NCBI GenBank assembly: GCA_943367575.1
Contig: CALRJR020000009.1
Coordinates: forward strand, 2,369-66,368
DNA from: Prosthecochloris vibrioformis
Lineage (GTDB): Bacteria; Pseudomonadota; Alphaproteobacteria; Sphingomonadales; Sphingomonadaceae
Reading direction: 5' to 3'
Length of the DNA: 64,000 nucleotides
In this document: positions 35,621-44,819 of the stretch, piece by piece
Position numbering within the stretch: the first letter of the stretch is position 1
How the letters are laid out: each line of letters starts with the position of its first letter
The notes under the pieces: model-generated
What the model saw: only the letters and a program-made list of their open reading frames with translations
Databases searched by the model: none
Told to the model about the DNA's origin: nothing
Program-made: the position numbers and the translations under genes

Positions 35621-37015
35621 TCACGCGTCGAACGGTGCCGCGCCCTCTCCATAAACAGACATAGCGGATGCCGCGGCGGGACGGTCGGACGTGCGGCCAC
35701 AAATTGCCAACATGGTCAGCGCATAGATCAGCGCGCTCGACGCCATGTCGCCCGGATTCGGTCGCCAGCGCGGCATCCCGGTGGTGATCGCCGGGATGCG
35801 GTGCATGTTGAACACATTATGGTCACGCCACATGCTGGAATAGACCGGATGCGCCCGCTCGACCGGGGCACCCCGCGCCAGTCGCGTGGCAGCATCGACG
35901 GCACCGGCAAGCGGGGCAACCGCGGCGTCCTCCGCCTCGAACCCGTGGCGGACGACCACCGGTTCGACATCGAAGTCCTCGACATCCACCGCACGCATTG
36001 CCGCAACGATGCCGTGCATCGCGTCCGCCGCCTTCTGCCGGGGCGCGAGCGCGACATCGAGATAGAGGGCGCACACTTCGGTCCCCGCACCGAAATCCAT
36101 CGGCGCACCGCCGCGCACCGACGCGATCTGGACGCGCGGGACCGACCGACCGCCGCGAACGTCATGCACCGATACCGCTTCCCAGGCCTGGCTCCAGCGG
36201 TGCAGCGCCTCGATCACCGGGCCGAGGCGATAGATCGGGTTGGGATGGTCCACCGCCCGCTCGGGTGTTTCGAGGATCGGGGTGAACACCCCGCGCCCAA
36301 AGATCCGCACCCGGAACAGCGCATAGCCGCACCCGGTCCAGGTCATGCCGAAATCGGTCCCCTCCGCCGCGATGGCATAGTCGGGCGCGACCCCGCCATG
36401 ATGGAACAGATAATGCGCGCCGATATCCTTGCCGAGATAGGCGACGCCTTCATATTCCTCGATCGGTTCGGGGCCGATCTCGCCCGGACAGGCGGTGAGC
36501 CACGCCTTGCCCGCCAGCGTGATCCCCGCCTTGTTCAGCGCCTTGGCCGCGATCAGGAAACAGGACATCGGGCCACGATCGTTGGAGATCGGATAGCCGC
36601 GCAGCCGCCCGTCTTCGTCCAGCCAGCATTGCGTCCATTCGGGATCGGCCAGCGTTGCCTCACGATAGCGGAAGCGATCCTGATGGGTGATGCCGCTCGG
36701 GCTTTCGGTGTCGAGATGCGCGGTCAGCAACAGATTGGGGCCGACGCCATGGCCGCCGATCTCACCGATGATGTTCGGCCGCTCCGGCGTCGCGCCGACC
36801 TTGCGCGGGCGAAAGCCTTCGCGCTGCATCCAGTCGAACACGAATTGCGCCGCGGCGGCTTCGCTGCGCGAGGGCGCAGGAATATTGCCGAGCGCGAGCG
36901 CGAGCTGAACCAGCTCGTCGGTGTCGATCGCAGCGGCGATAGCGTCGCGTTCCGCTGCGCTGACGGCATAGGGTGCGTGGGCCGGGTCGGCGAATGGCGC
37001 GGGCGTGCCGGTCAT
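35621..37015 (-). CDS. M20-family metallopeptidase / amidohydrolase (ArgE/DapE/carbamoylase-like)
   Basis: It is the 3' part of the 907-aa ORF 35621..38344. The true start is ATG 37015, which overlaps the MFS stop (ATGA). It starts MTGTPAPFADP and has the H-x-D metal block LLLTAHLDTE. Confidence 0.82.
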   Translation of the reverse strand: MTGTPAPFADPAHAPYAVSAAERDAIAAAIDTDELVQLALALGNIPAPSRSEAAAAQFVFDWMQREGFRPRKVGATPERPNIIGEIGGHGVGPNLLLTAHLDTESPSGITHQDRFRYREATLADPEWTQCWLDEDGRLRGYPISNDRGPMSCFLIAAKALNKAGITLAGKAWLTACPGEIGPEPIEEYEGVAYLGKDIGAHYLFHHGGVAPDYAIAAEGTDFGMTWTGCGYALFRVRIFGRGVFTPILETPERAVDHPNPIYRLGPVIEALHRWSQAWEAVSVHDVRGGRSVPRVQIASVRGGAPMDFGAGTEVCALYLDVALAPRQKAADAMHGIVAAMRAVDVEDFDVEPVVVRHGFEAEDAAVAPLAGAVDAATRLARGAPVERAHPVYSSMWRDHNVFNMHRIPAITTGMPRWRPNPGDMASSALIYALTMLAICGRTSDRPAAASAMSVYGEGAAPFDA

Positions 37016-38265
37016 GCGACGTGCGCTGCCAGCGCTGCGACCGGGCTGTGCGCGCCAGCGCCATAGCGGGGCAGGAGCAGCAACAGCGCCATGCCCGACG
37101 ACAGCGCGATGATCGAAACGATCACCGCAAACTGGTAGCTGCCCGTCACATCGAACCCATGGTCGAGCAGCACCGGCGTAATCCCCTGCGCCGCGATGAT
37201 CGCCGAATACATGACGCCGATGATCGCGCCAAAAGCCCGCGTCCCGAAATAGCGCGCGACATAATAGGGCAGCGCACCATATTGCGCGCCCATGCCGATC
37301 CCCAGCAACAGCCCGGCGGCGATCAGCACCGGCACACCTTCGCCGAACTGCAGCAGCGCCAGCCCGATGATCGCCATCGCCACCATCGGGATGACGATGC
37401 GCGGCGTCGGAAACCGGTCGAGCAGCCGCCCACAGGCAATCTGCCACGCCGAGGTCATCAGCGCGAAACAGCTCAGCACCGCCGTCCCGACATCGACCCC
37501 ATAGCCGCGATCGGCGAGGATCGGGATGACATGGCTGAAGATTGCGGTGGTGCAGCCCGCGCCGGATGCGATCGCGACGAGGATGATCCAGAAGCGCGGC
37601 AAGCGCGCCGCTTCGCCCAGCGTCATGCCGACCACCGCGACCGGACCCTCCCCCGCCGAAGCCTCCCGCGCCGGGGCGTCGCGCAGCAGGGTCAGCACCG
37701 CAGGCAGGCCGATCAGCAGGATGATCGCGCCCAGCGCGAGATACCCCGATCGCCAGCCCTGCTGCGCGACAACCGCTGCGGCAACGATCGGCAACAGGAC
37801 CGATCCCACGCCATTGCCCGCTCCCGCGCTGATCCCCAGCGCGGTGCCGCGCCCGGCGTGATACCATTCGGCGATGACCTTGGAGTAGATCGGGGTCGAC
37901 GCCATCGCGCCGAACAGGCTGACCGCCAGAAACACGGCGTAAAACTGAACCAGCGAGGCAGTGGTCAGCGACAGCGCCGCCACCGCCAGCCCGTAGAGCG
38001 CAAGGCCCGGCAGGATCACGCGCCGCGCGCCATGACGGTCGGCGATCCGTCCGATCAAGGGATAGGCGATTGCCCCGGTCACAGCCATGATACCCAGCGC
38101 GACCGAGATCGCCGCGCGGGGCCAGCCAAACTCGGCGGACAGCGGCAGCAGGAACAGCCCGAACACCGCATGGACCGCAGGAGTAGTGCTGACCGCGTTG
38201 CCGAGGGTGCAGGCGATCAGCACGCCGGTCCGCTCGCGCGCGCCCCCGCTCACAGCACCGGCCAC
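37012..38265 (-). CDS. MFS transporter
   Basis: It is 417 aa with a GTG start at 38265 and a 12-TM-like profile. It carries the loop motif GRIADRHGARR. Confidence 0.85.
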   Translation of the reverse strand: MAGAVSGGARERTGVLIACTLGNAVSTTPAVHAVFGLFLLPLSAEFGWPRAAISVALGIMAVTGAIAYPLIGRIADRHGARRVILPGLALYGLAVAALSLTTASLVQFYAVFLAVSLFGAMASTPIYSKVIAEWYHAGRGTALGISAGAGNGVGSVLLPIVAAAVVAQQGWRSGYLALGAIILLIGLPAVLTLLRDAPAREASAGEGPVAVVGMTLGEAARLPRFWIILVAIASGAGCTTAIFSHVIPILADRGYGVDVGTAVLSCFALMTSAWQIACGRLLDRFPTPRIVIPMVAMAIIGLALLQFGEGVPVLIAAGLLLGIGMGAQYGALPYYVARYFGTRAFGAIIGVMYSAIIAAQGITPVLLDHGFDVTGSYQFAVIVSIIALSSGMALLLLLPRYGAGAHSPVAALAAHVA

Positions 38266-39641
38266 AGGCTTGGCGTCGGCTTGCCCGCGCGGGCAAGGAC
38301 ATCGACGGCAGCGGTTTCGACCTCCGCAAACAGCCGCTCTTCATCGATCAGAGTCGACCGGTAGTTGTCGATCACTCGCCGCCCATCCACCCACACGCTG
38401 TGCACTCCGCGCCCGTCGGCGGAATAGACGAGCTGGTTGACGACATTGAGCAAAGGTCGCCATTCTGGGCGGTCGCGATCGTGCAATACGAAATCGGCTT
38501 TCTTGCCCACCTCAAGCGATCCGATCCGGTCGGCCATCCCCGCCCCCTTCGCGCCGTTGATCGTCCCCATTTCCAGCACCTGATAGGCGGAAAACAGGCT
38601 CGCATCGCGGCGCGAATCCTTGAACAGTCCGGCGGTCACGAACATCGCGCGCATCAGGTCGGCGGCATTGCCGTTATTGTTGCCGTCGGTGCCGAGCTGG
38701 AGATTGACGCCAGCGGCGGCCATTTCGGGGAATTTTCCGACCGCGGTCGCGCCATAGGCACCCTTCATCGCGGTCATCGGGCAATGGGTGATGTTGGTCC
38801 CGCTCGCCGCGATCATCGCCACCTCTTCATCGTCGAGATGGATCGCGTGGGTCAGCGACAGATGCGGGCCGAGCACGCCCAGATCGGACAGATGGGCGAT
38901 GGCACGGCGGCCGGTGGTCGCCAGATAGAAATCGGGATCGGCCGGATCGGCGCTCATATGCGCGCTGATCCCCGCGCCATGCGCAGCGGCGAGCGCCGTC
39001 GCCTCGCGCCACAGATCGTCGGTAGCGGTGTTGTGCCCGACCAGGCACGGCCATGCCGCGATCAGCGGGTCGTCGGTGCCGGGGTATCGCGCCAGCTCGG
39101 ACTCGATCGTCGCCACCGCCTGTCGGGTCAGCGCAGCCTGATCGTCGCCCGGCGCAAAGGCGCGGTCCTGCACCCATTGCCCGACCCGCCCGCGAATGCC
39201 GGTCGCGCCCAGCGCATCGACCACCGTGTCGAGATCGAGGATCGTCCCGGCCTCGATGAAGCACGTCGTGCCCGAACGCAGCATCTCCAGCGCAGCGAGT
39301 TGCGCCGCGATCCGCTCTTCTTCCGGGGTCTGCGCAAGATAGGTGGGGATCAGCCATTCAAAGACATTGGTCGCCCAGTCGGCATCGTCCGGGACATTGC
39401 CACGCGTGATCGGCTCACCCGTGATGTGAACATGGCAGTTGACCATGCCCGGCGTCACCACGAACCGGTCGCGGCCATCGATGACCTCACGCGCGACGAC
39501 GGTCTGCTCCACCAGATCGGACGGTCCGACCGCGACGATGCGGTCGCCCGCGATCGCCAGCGCGCCGTCGCGAAAGATGCGCCGTTCGGCATCCATCGTC
39601 ACCACCCAGCAATGGGTGACCAGCAGATCAGCGGCGATCAT
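38250..39641 (-). CDS. amidohydrolase-superfamily deaminase/chlorohydrolase-type enzyme (ATZ/TRZ, MtaD, SsnA-like)
   Basis: The HxH metal motif is GMVNCHVHITGEP and the late block is LQLGTDGNN. ATG 39641 overlaps the upstream stop (ATGA). An alternative ATG lies at 39647. Confidence 0.82.
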   Translation of the reverse strand: MIAADLLVTHCWVVTMDAERRIFRDGALAIAGDRIVAVGPSDLVEQTVVAREVIDGRDRFVVTPGMVNCHVHITGEPITRGNVPDDADWATNVFEWLIPTYLAQTPEEERIAAQLAALEMLRSGTTCFIEAGTILDLDTVVDALGATGIRGRVGQWVQDRAFAPGDDQAALTRQAVATIESELARYPGTDDPLIAAWPCLVGHNTATDDLWREATALAAAHGAGISAHMSADPADPDFYLATTGRRAIAHLSDLGVLGPHLSLTHAIHLDDEEVAMIAASGTNITHCPMTAMKGAYGATAVGKFPEMAAAGVNLQLGTDGNNNGNAADLMRAMFVTAGLFKDSRRDASLFSAYQVLEMGTINGAKGAGMADRIGSLEVGKKADFVLHDRDRPEWRPLLNVVNQLVYSADGRGVHSVWVDGRRVIDNYRSTLIDEERLFAEVETAAVDVLARAGKPTPSLWPVL

Positions 39642-40288
39642 GCCCATGCCGCCGCGACAGCGTCGGCGCGGACCAGCAACGCGCAATTCTTGTATAGAAT
39701 GTCGAGCGCGCTGGAGTGCAGCCCATCCTCATAGGCCCCCGTCGCGTCGGACACGACGAACACATGGTAACCGCGATGAAAGGCGGCACGCGCCGTCTGA
39801 TCGACACAGCAATCGGTGCTGAACCCGGTCATCACCAATGTTTCGATGCCGCGTGCGCGCAGCTGGTCGTCGAAATCGGTGCCGTGGAAACTGTCGAACA
39901 ACAGCTTTTCGATCTCGATATCGCCCGGCTCTGGCTTCACGCCATAATAGTCCGCGCCGCCATCATCGGCGCGACAGATTGCCTCGCCCCCCGGCATCCC
40001 CTTGCGCGCCATCAGCGTCTTGAGCGCCACCGAGTCCGTTTCGGGCCGTGTGACGACACGCATGAAGGCGATGGTCACGCCACGCGCCCGCGCCGCCGCG
40101 ATCAAATCTGCGATCCGGTCCATCGCGGGCGGAACGCTCGACAGGTCGGCACCCACGCGGCCGAGCAGACCATGCGGGGCAGCGAAATCGACCTGGACAT
40201 CGACGACGACCAGCGCGGTGCGCTCCGGCGCCAGCATCAGCGCGAGATCGGCAGCAGCAACATGCGGCAGCGTGTCAGCCTCAACCAT
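39638..40288 (-). CDS. isochorismatase-family cysteine hydrolase (RutB-like)
   Basis: The blocks contain the Asp-Lys-Cys triad candidates: LVVVDVQVDF, IEKLLFDSF and MTGFSTDCCVDQTA. Confidence 0.85.
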   Translation of the reverse strand: MVEADTLPHVAAADLALMLAPERTALVVVDVQVDFAAPHGLLGRVGADLSSVPPAMDRIADLIAAARARGVTIAFMRVVTRPETDSVALKTLMARKGMPGGEAICRADDGGADYYGVKPEPGDIEIEKLLFDSFHGTDFDDQLRARGIETLVMTGFSTDCCVDQTARAAFHRGYHVFVVSDATGAYEDGLHSSALDILYKNCALLVRADAVAAAWA

Positions 40289-41411
40289 GCGCCGCTTCCA
40301 TCACCCGCGTCGGGAACCGCTCACGCAGGACCGGCAGCACCTCCTGTGCAAAACGCGGGATACCGGTCAGGTAATCGGGAAAGATCAGCATCAGCCCGTC
40401 GGTGCCCGACACCTCGAACAGTTCGGTCAGCTTGTCGGTCACCGTCTCGGGCGAACCGAGGACATAGGGCGCCATGAATGTCGAACGCGCCTTTTCGACA
40501 AAGGCATTTTCCTTGCCGCCCTGTTCGGTGTCGAAAAAGCCATAGGCGCGCAGCATGCCCTGCAGCGCCGCTTCGTCGAGGCCCGCGCGGAAATGATCGG
40601 CGGTTGCCTGCGCCGCCGCATCGCTGTCGTCCAGCACCACGGTCATCATCGAATAGGTCCGCATATAGCGGCCCTGCTTCGCGGCGGTTTCCTTGGCCGC
40701 GCGGCTGCTCTTGCCCAGTCCGACGGGGTCGCCGCCCGACAGGAAGATCGCGTCCATCTCGTCCGCGGTGAACTGCATCCCCTTGCCCGAGGTGCCGGCA
40801 CAGACGGTGAAGGGCCGACGCAGCGGCTTGGGCCAGGAGGTCGCCGCTTCCAGCTGGAAATAGCGGCCGTCCATCGACACCGACTCTTCGGTCCACAACC
40901 GCTTGATCGCCGCGATCCATTCATAGGCAAGGTCGTAGCGGCCGTCGTGATCGACCCCCTCCGGCCATGCCCCGAACTGCGCAAATTCGCCGCGATAGGA
41001 TCCGGTGACGAGGTTCAGCCCCGCGCGACCGCCGCTGATATGGTCGAGCGTCGCGATCATCTTCGCCGCCACGCCGGGGTTCTGCAGGATGGTGTGGATC
41101 GTCGCCCACACCTTCACCTTGTTGGTGACTTCGGCCAGCGCCGCCATCAACAGCACGGAATCCAGCGTGGACTCCCAATGCCTGATCTCGCCGCCATAGC
41201 CCTTGAACTTCGCCATCGCCATGATGAAGTCGAGCCCGGCCGCCTCCGCCGCCACCGCGACCTGGCGGTTATAGCCATAGGAACCATCGAGCGGCGGGGC
41301 GTTTTTCGACAGGATCCAACCGCCATTGGCCATCGGCATGAACACGCCCAGATCCTTGCCCCCGGTGTCGGACGGAAGGTCAAAGGCAACAGGCTGTGGC
41401 AGGTCGGACAT
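40281..41411 (-). CDS. luciferase-like (LLM) flavin-dependent monooxygenase, RutA-like
   Basis: It aligns along most of its length with E. coli RutA as I recall it (GVFMPMANGGWILS, FIMAMAKFKGYGG, TLDHISGGRAGLNLVTG, VCAGTSGKGMQF). It overlaps the next gene by 8 nt. Confidence 0.85.
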   Translation of the reverse strand: MSDLPQPVAFDLPSDTGGKDLGVFMPMANGGWILSKNAPPLDGSYGYNRQVAVAAEAAGLDFIMAMAKFKGYGGEIRHWESTLDSVLLMAALAEVTNKVKVWATIHTILQNPGVAAKMIATLDHISGGRAGLNLVTGSYRGEFAQFGAWPEGVDHDGRYDLAYEWIAAIKRLWTEESVSMDGRYFQLEAATSWPKPLRRPFTVCAGTSGKGMQFTADEMDAIFLSGGDPVGLGKSSRAAKETAAKQGRYMRTYSMMTVVLDDSDAAAQATADHFRAGLDEAALQGMLRAYGFFDTEQGGKENAFVEKARSTFMAPYVLGSPETVTDKLTELFEVSGTDGLMLIFPDYLTGIPRFAQEVLPVLRERFPTRVMEAAHG

Positions 41412-41502
41412 TCGGCTGGTTCCCCCGATTGGAGAGGCCAGTCTAGCCGCGAGCGGGCGGCATTCTTGATCGGCGGCGCATATTCTGTTGGCCGCGCCGG
41501 TT

Positions 41503-42390
41503 TCAGCCCGCCACCGCCGCGATCACTGCCGCCCGCGCGGGCATCGCGGGGATCGCGCCGACCGTCTGGGTGCATAGCGCGGCGGCGGCATTGGCGATCG
41601 GCAGCGCGTCGGCCAGCCCCATCCCCTCCGCCATCAGCGCCGCGAGCGCGCCACAGAAACAGTCGCCCGCACCCACCGTGTCGCACGGGGCGACCGACAG
41701 CGCGGGTGCATGGATCGCTTCGTCATCGAACACCGCCACCGCCCCCTGCCCGCCCAGCGTCACCACGATCTGCTGCTGCGGATGCGCACGCAGCGCGCGC
41801 GCAGCCGCGACTGCCTCCGCCGGGCCGGAGATTGCCGGCACTTCCGCATAGCCAGCCAGCTCATGCTGGTTGACGATCAGGATATCGGCGTGCGCGAACA
41901 ACGCGCGCGCGGCGGGGATGAAGGGTGCGGCGTTGAGCAGGCGCGGGCCGGACGATGCGGCAAAGGCCGACGCGATCGTGTCGAGCGGGATTTCGAGCTG
42001 CGCAAGCATCAGACCCGCTCCTTCCGACCCTCCATCAGGCGCGAGCTGGCCATTGGCACCCGGCGCGACGATGATCTGGTTTTCTCCCGCCGCATCGACC
42101 GCGATCATCGCCGCACCGGTCGGCGCATCGGCCAGTGTGGCAATGCTGCCAACATCGACTCCCTCACCCTCCAGCACCGCACGCATCCAGTCGCCATCGG
42201 CGTCCGCACCGACCGCACCAGTCATCGTGACCCGCGCGCCCATCCGCGCGGCGGCGACCGCCTGGTTCGCACCCTTGCCGCCGGGCAGCCGCGTCACCTG
42301 TTCCGCCAGCACCGTTTCTCCTGCAGCGGGCAGTGCGTCGACCGACAGGATCGTATCGACATTGATCGAACCCAGAATATGCACGTCCAT
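41503..42390 (-). CDS. rbsK: ribokinase (PfkB family)
   Basis: ORF 41503..42477, with the start at ATG 42390 (GGGAGAG upstream). It has MDVHILGSINVDT, GGKGANQAVAAARMG and the C-terminal DTVGAGDCFCGAL anion-hole block. Confidence 0.88.
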   Translation of the reverse strand: MDVHILGSINVDTILSVDALPAAGETVLAEQVTRLPGGKGANQAVAAARMGARVTMTGAVGADADGDWMRAVLEGEGVDVGSIATLADAPTGAAMIAVDAAGENQIIVAPGANGQLAPDGGSEGAGLMLAQLEIPLDTIASAFAASSGPRLLNAAPFIPAARALFAHADILIVNQHELAGYAEVPAISGPAEAVAAARALRAHPQQQIVVTLGGQGAVAVFDDEAIHAPALSVAPCDTVGAGDCFCGALAALMAEGMGLADALPIANAAAALCTQTVGAIPAMPARAAVIAAVAG

Positions 42391-42549
42391 CGCCTTGCTC
42401 TCCCACCGGTGCCTGCGCTTGAAGACGATGGCCAGCGCCGCTGCAAGCATGCGCGCGCGCCATGCGCGTGCCGCCAACTATTCCGGTTGCTGACGCCAAG
42501 CCGGACTGCCGCACCCCGCCTATCCTTCACTTAAGGACAGGGGAACGGC

Positions 42550-43392
42550 ATGACGAACTGGCTCATCACCGGGGTTAGCGGCGGACTGGGGCACGCACTG
42601 GCGCAAGCGGCGCTCGCGCGCGGCGATGCGGTCGTCGGGACGGTACGGCGGGTCGCCGACAAACAGGCGTTCGAGGCGCTGGCCCCCGGCCGCGCGCTGG
42701 GCGTGCTGCTCGACCTGGCCGACCATGCCGCGATCCCCGAAGCCGTCGCGACTGCGCAAGCGTGGCTGGGACAGATCGACCGGCTGGTCAACAATGCCGG
42801 GTTCGGCATGGTCGGCGCGATCGAGGAAACAACGATTGCCGAGGCAAAGGCGCTGTTCGACGTCAACCTGTTCGGGGCAATGGCGATGATTCAGGCGGTG
42901 CTGCCCGGGATGCGCGCGCGCCGCGCTGGCCACATCGTCACCATCACCTCGCTCAGCGGCTTTGCGCCATGGTGGGGAACCGGCATTTACGGCGCGAGCA
43001 AATATGCGCTGGAGTGCATCGGCCAGACGCTGGCGCAAGAGGTTGAGTCGCTGGGCATCCGGGTCACCAACATCGCGCCGGGCGGGTTTCGCACGGGGTT
43101 TGCCGGACGAGGACTGATTGAGGCTGCGACGGTGATCGACGATTATGACGCCACCGCCCGGCAATCGAAACACAGCCTGATGGCGGGCCGGGGCCAGGAG
43201 GCCGGCGATCCGGCGCGGGCGGCGGCGGCGATGCTGGTCGCGCTCGATGCGCCGGAACCGCCGCGGCATTTGTTCCTCGGCGAAGACGCGCTGCGCCATG
43301 CGCGCGAGCATTTCGACATGCTCGAAGAAGAGATGCGCCGCTGGGAGCCGCTGTCGCTCACCACTGGCTTTGTCGCGGAGCCGGTGGCGTGA
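42550..43392 (+). CDS. SDR-family oxidoreductase
   Basis: It has the TGxxxGxG block ITGVSGGLGHAL, the NNAG block, and the YGASK catalytic Tyr/Lys. Confidence 0.88.
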   Translation: MTNWLITGVSGGLGHALAQAALARGDAVVGTVRRVADKQAFEALAPGRALGVLLDLADHAAIPEAVATAQAWLGQIDRLVNNAGFGMVGAIEETTIAEAKALFDVNLFGAMAMIQAVLPGMRARRAGHIVTITSLSGFAPWWGTGIYGASKYALECIGQTLAQEVESLGIRVTNIAPGGFRTGFAGRGLIEAATVIDDYDATARQSKHSLMAGRGQEAGDPARAAAAMLVALDAPEPPRHLFLGEDALRHAREHFDMLEEEMRRWEPLSLTTGFVAEPVA

Positions 43393-44201
43393 GCGCGCCG
43401 TTCACCATCGACCGGCTCACCCCGCATATGGGCGCGGAGCTGCACGGCATCGACCTGACCCGCCCCATCGAACCGGAAACCGCGACGGCGCTGCGTCAGG
43501 CGCTGACCGACCATCTCGTGCTGTTCTTTCGCGACCAGCCCATCGACTTTGCCGCGCACAAGGCGCTGGCACGCGTGTTCGGCGAGATCCATGTCGCACC
43601 CGCCTCCGCCGCATGGGCGGTGGAGGGGCATCCCGAGGTCACGCGCATTCATGCCGACGCCGACTCGAAATATGTCGCGGGGGAGGATTGGCATTCGGAC
43701 ATGACCTGCGATCCCGAGCCGCCTTTCGGGTCGATCCTGCACCTGGTGACCGTCCCCGCAACCGGGGGCGACACGGCGTTTTCAAACATGTTCCTGGCCT
43801 ATGATGCACTGTCGGAGCGGATGAAGGCCTATCTCGACGGGCTGACCGCGACGCATGATGCCGCGCGGGTGTTTGCCGCCATCGCGCCACCGGGAACCGT
43901 GTTCAACCAGTCCTCGCACCCGGTCATCCGCACCCATCCGGTCAGCGGGCGCAAGGCGATCTTCGTCAACAAGCAGTTCACCGCGCGGATCGACGGCATT
44001 CCCAAGGACGAAAGCACGGCATTGCTGTCCTTCCTTACCGCGCATGTCCAGCGCCCCGAATTCCAGTGCCGCTTCCGCTGGCGTCCGCATTCGATCGCCT
44101 TCTGGGACAATCGCGCGGTGCAGCATTCGGCGATCTGGGACTATTTCCCGCAAACCCGATCGGGCTACCGCGTCACGGTGCGCGGCGACCGCCCGTTCTG
44201 A
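43389..44201 (+). CDS. TauD/TfdA-family Fe(II)/2-oxoglutarate dioxygenase (copy 2)
   Basis: The GTG start overlaps the SDR stop (GTGA). It has EDWHSD, HPVIRTHPVSG and FRWRPHSIAFWDNRAVQH. It shares the C-terminal WDYFP.TRSG.RVT..GDRP with copy 1. Confidence 0.85.
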   Translation: MSAPFTIDRLTPHMGAELHGIDLTRPIEPETATALRQALTDHLVLFFRDQPIDFAAHKALARVFGEIHVAPASAAWAVEGHPEVTRIHADADSKYVAGEDWHSDMTCDPEPPFGSILHLVTVPATGGDTAFSNMFLAYDALSERMKAYLDGLTATHDAARVFAAIAPPGTVFNQSSHPVIRTHPVSGRKAIFVNKQFTARIDGIPKDESTALLSFLTAHVQRPEFQCRFRWRPHSIAFWDNRAVQHSAIWDYFPQTRSGYRVTVRGDRPF

Positions 44202-44221
44202 ACCTGTTACGGAGATTTCGC

Positions 44222-44818
44222 ATGAGCGCAGCCGATCCGCGCACGCCCGCCTACCCCATCGACCCGCTGTTCACCGACCGCTGGTCGCCGCGCGCCTTTG
44301 ACGGCGGGGTGATCGACCAAGACACGCTAATGACGCTGCTGGAAGCCGCGCGCTGGGCACCATCGGCCTATAATGTTCAGCCCTGGCGGTTCGTCTATGC
44401 GCTGCGCGATACGCCGCAGTGGGACGCGCTGCTCGCCACGCTGATCCCCTTCAATCGGGGCTGGGCGGCGGGTGCGTCGGCGCTGGTCTATGTGCTGTCC
44501 GACCGGTTCGTGCGCGATGCCGACGGCGCAGTGAAGGGGGAATCCTACAGCCACTCCTTCGACGCGGGTGCCGCCTGGGCGATGCTGGCGTTGCAGGCAG
44601 TGCGCAGCGGCCTGTTCGCCCATGGCATGACCGGGTTCGACGTCGATGCGGCGCGCGCGGCGATGGCGGTGCCCGAAGACTATCGGATCGAGGCAGCGAT
44701 TGCGATCGGCCGGATCGGCGACCCGACGACCCTCGCCGAAGGGCTGCGCGCGCGCGAAGTGCCGAGCGGGCGGACCCCGCTCGACCAGCTGGTGTCAGAA
44801 GGTGTTTTCTCCGCCTGA
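44222..44818 (+). CDS. nitroreductase-family flavoprotein
   Basis: ORF 44066..44818, with the start at ATG 44222 (GGAG upstream). RWSPRAF and LLEAARWAPSAYNVQPWRF are canonical nitroreductase blocks. Confidence 0.85.
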   Translation: MSAADPRTPAYPIDPLFTDRWSPRAFDGGVIDQDTLMTLLEAARWAPSAYNVQPWRFVYALRDTPQWDALLATLIPFNRGWAAGASALVYVLSDRFVRDADGAVKGESYSHSFDAGAAWAMLALQAVRSGLFAHGMTGFDVDAARAAMAVPEDYRIEAAIAIGRIGDPTTLAEGLRAREVPSGRTPLDQLVSEGVFSA

Positions 44819-44819
44819 C

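Noticed and set aside
33601-35664. 687-aa plus-strand ORF
   Set aside because: It is antisense to the AraC::formamidase gene. It has an Arg/His/Pro-rich shadow-frame composition, whereas the minus-strand frame carries clear HTH and amidase motifs.
37016-38344. N-terminal about 440 codons of the 907-aa ORF 35621..38344 (an apparent giant M20 fusion)
   Set aside because: This stretch overlaps the MFS gene in another frame and reads as Arg/Gly/Ala-rich low-complexity sequence. The M20 homology starts at ATG 37015, which overlaps the MFS stop (ATGA). It is not a fusion.
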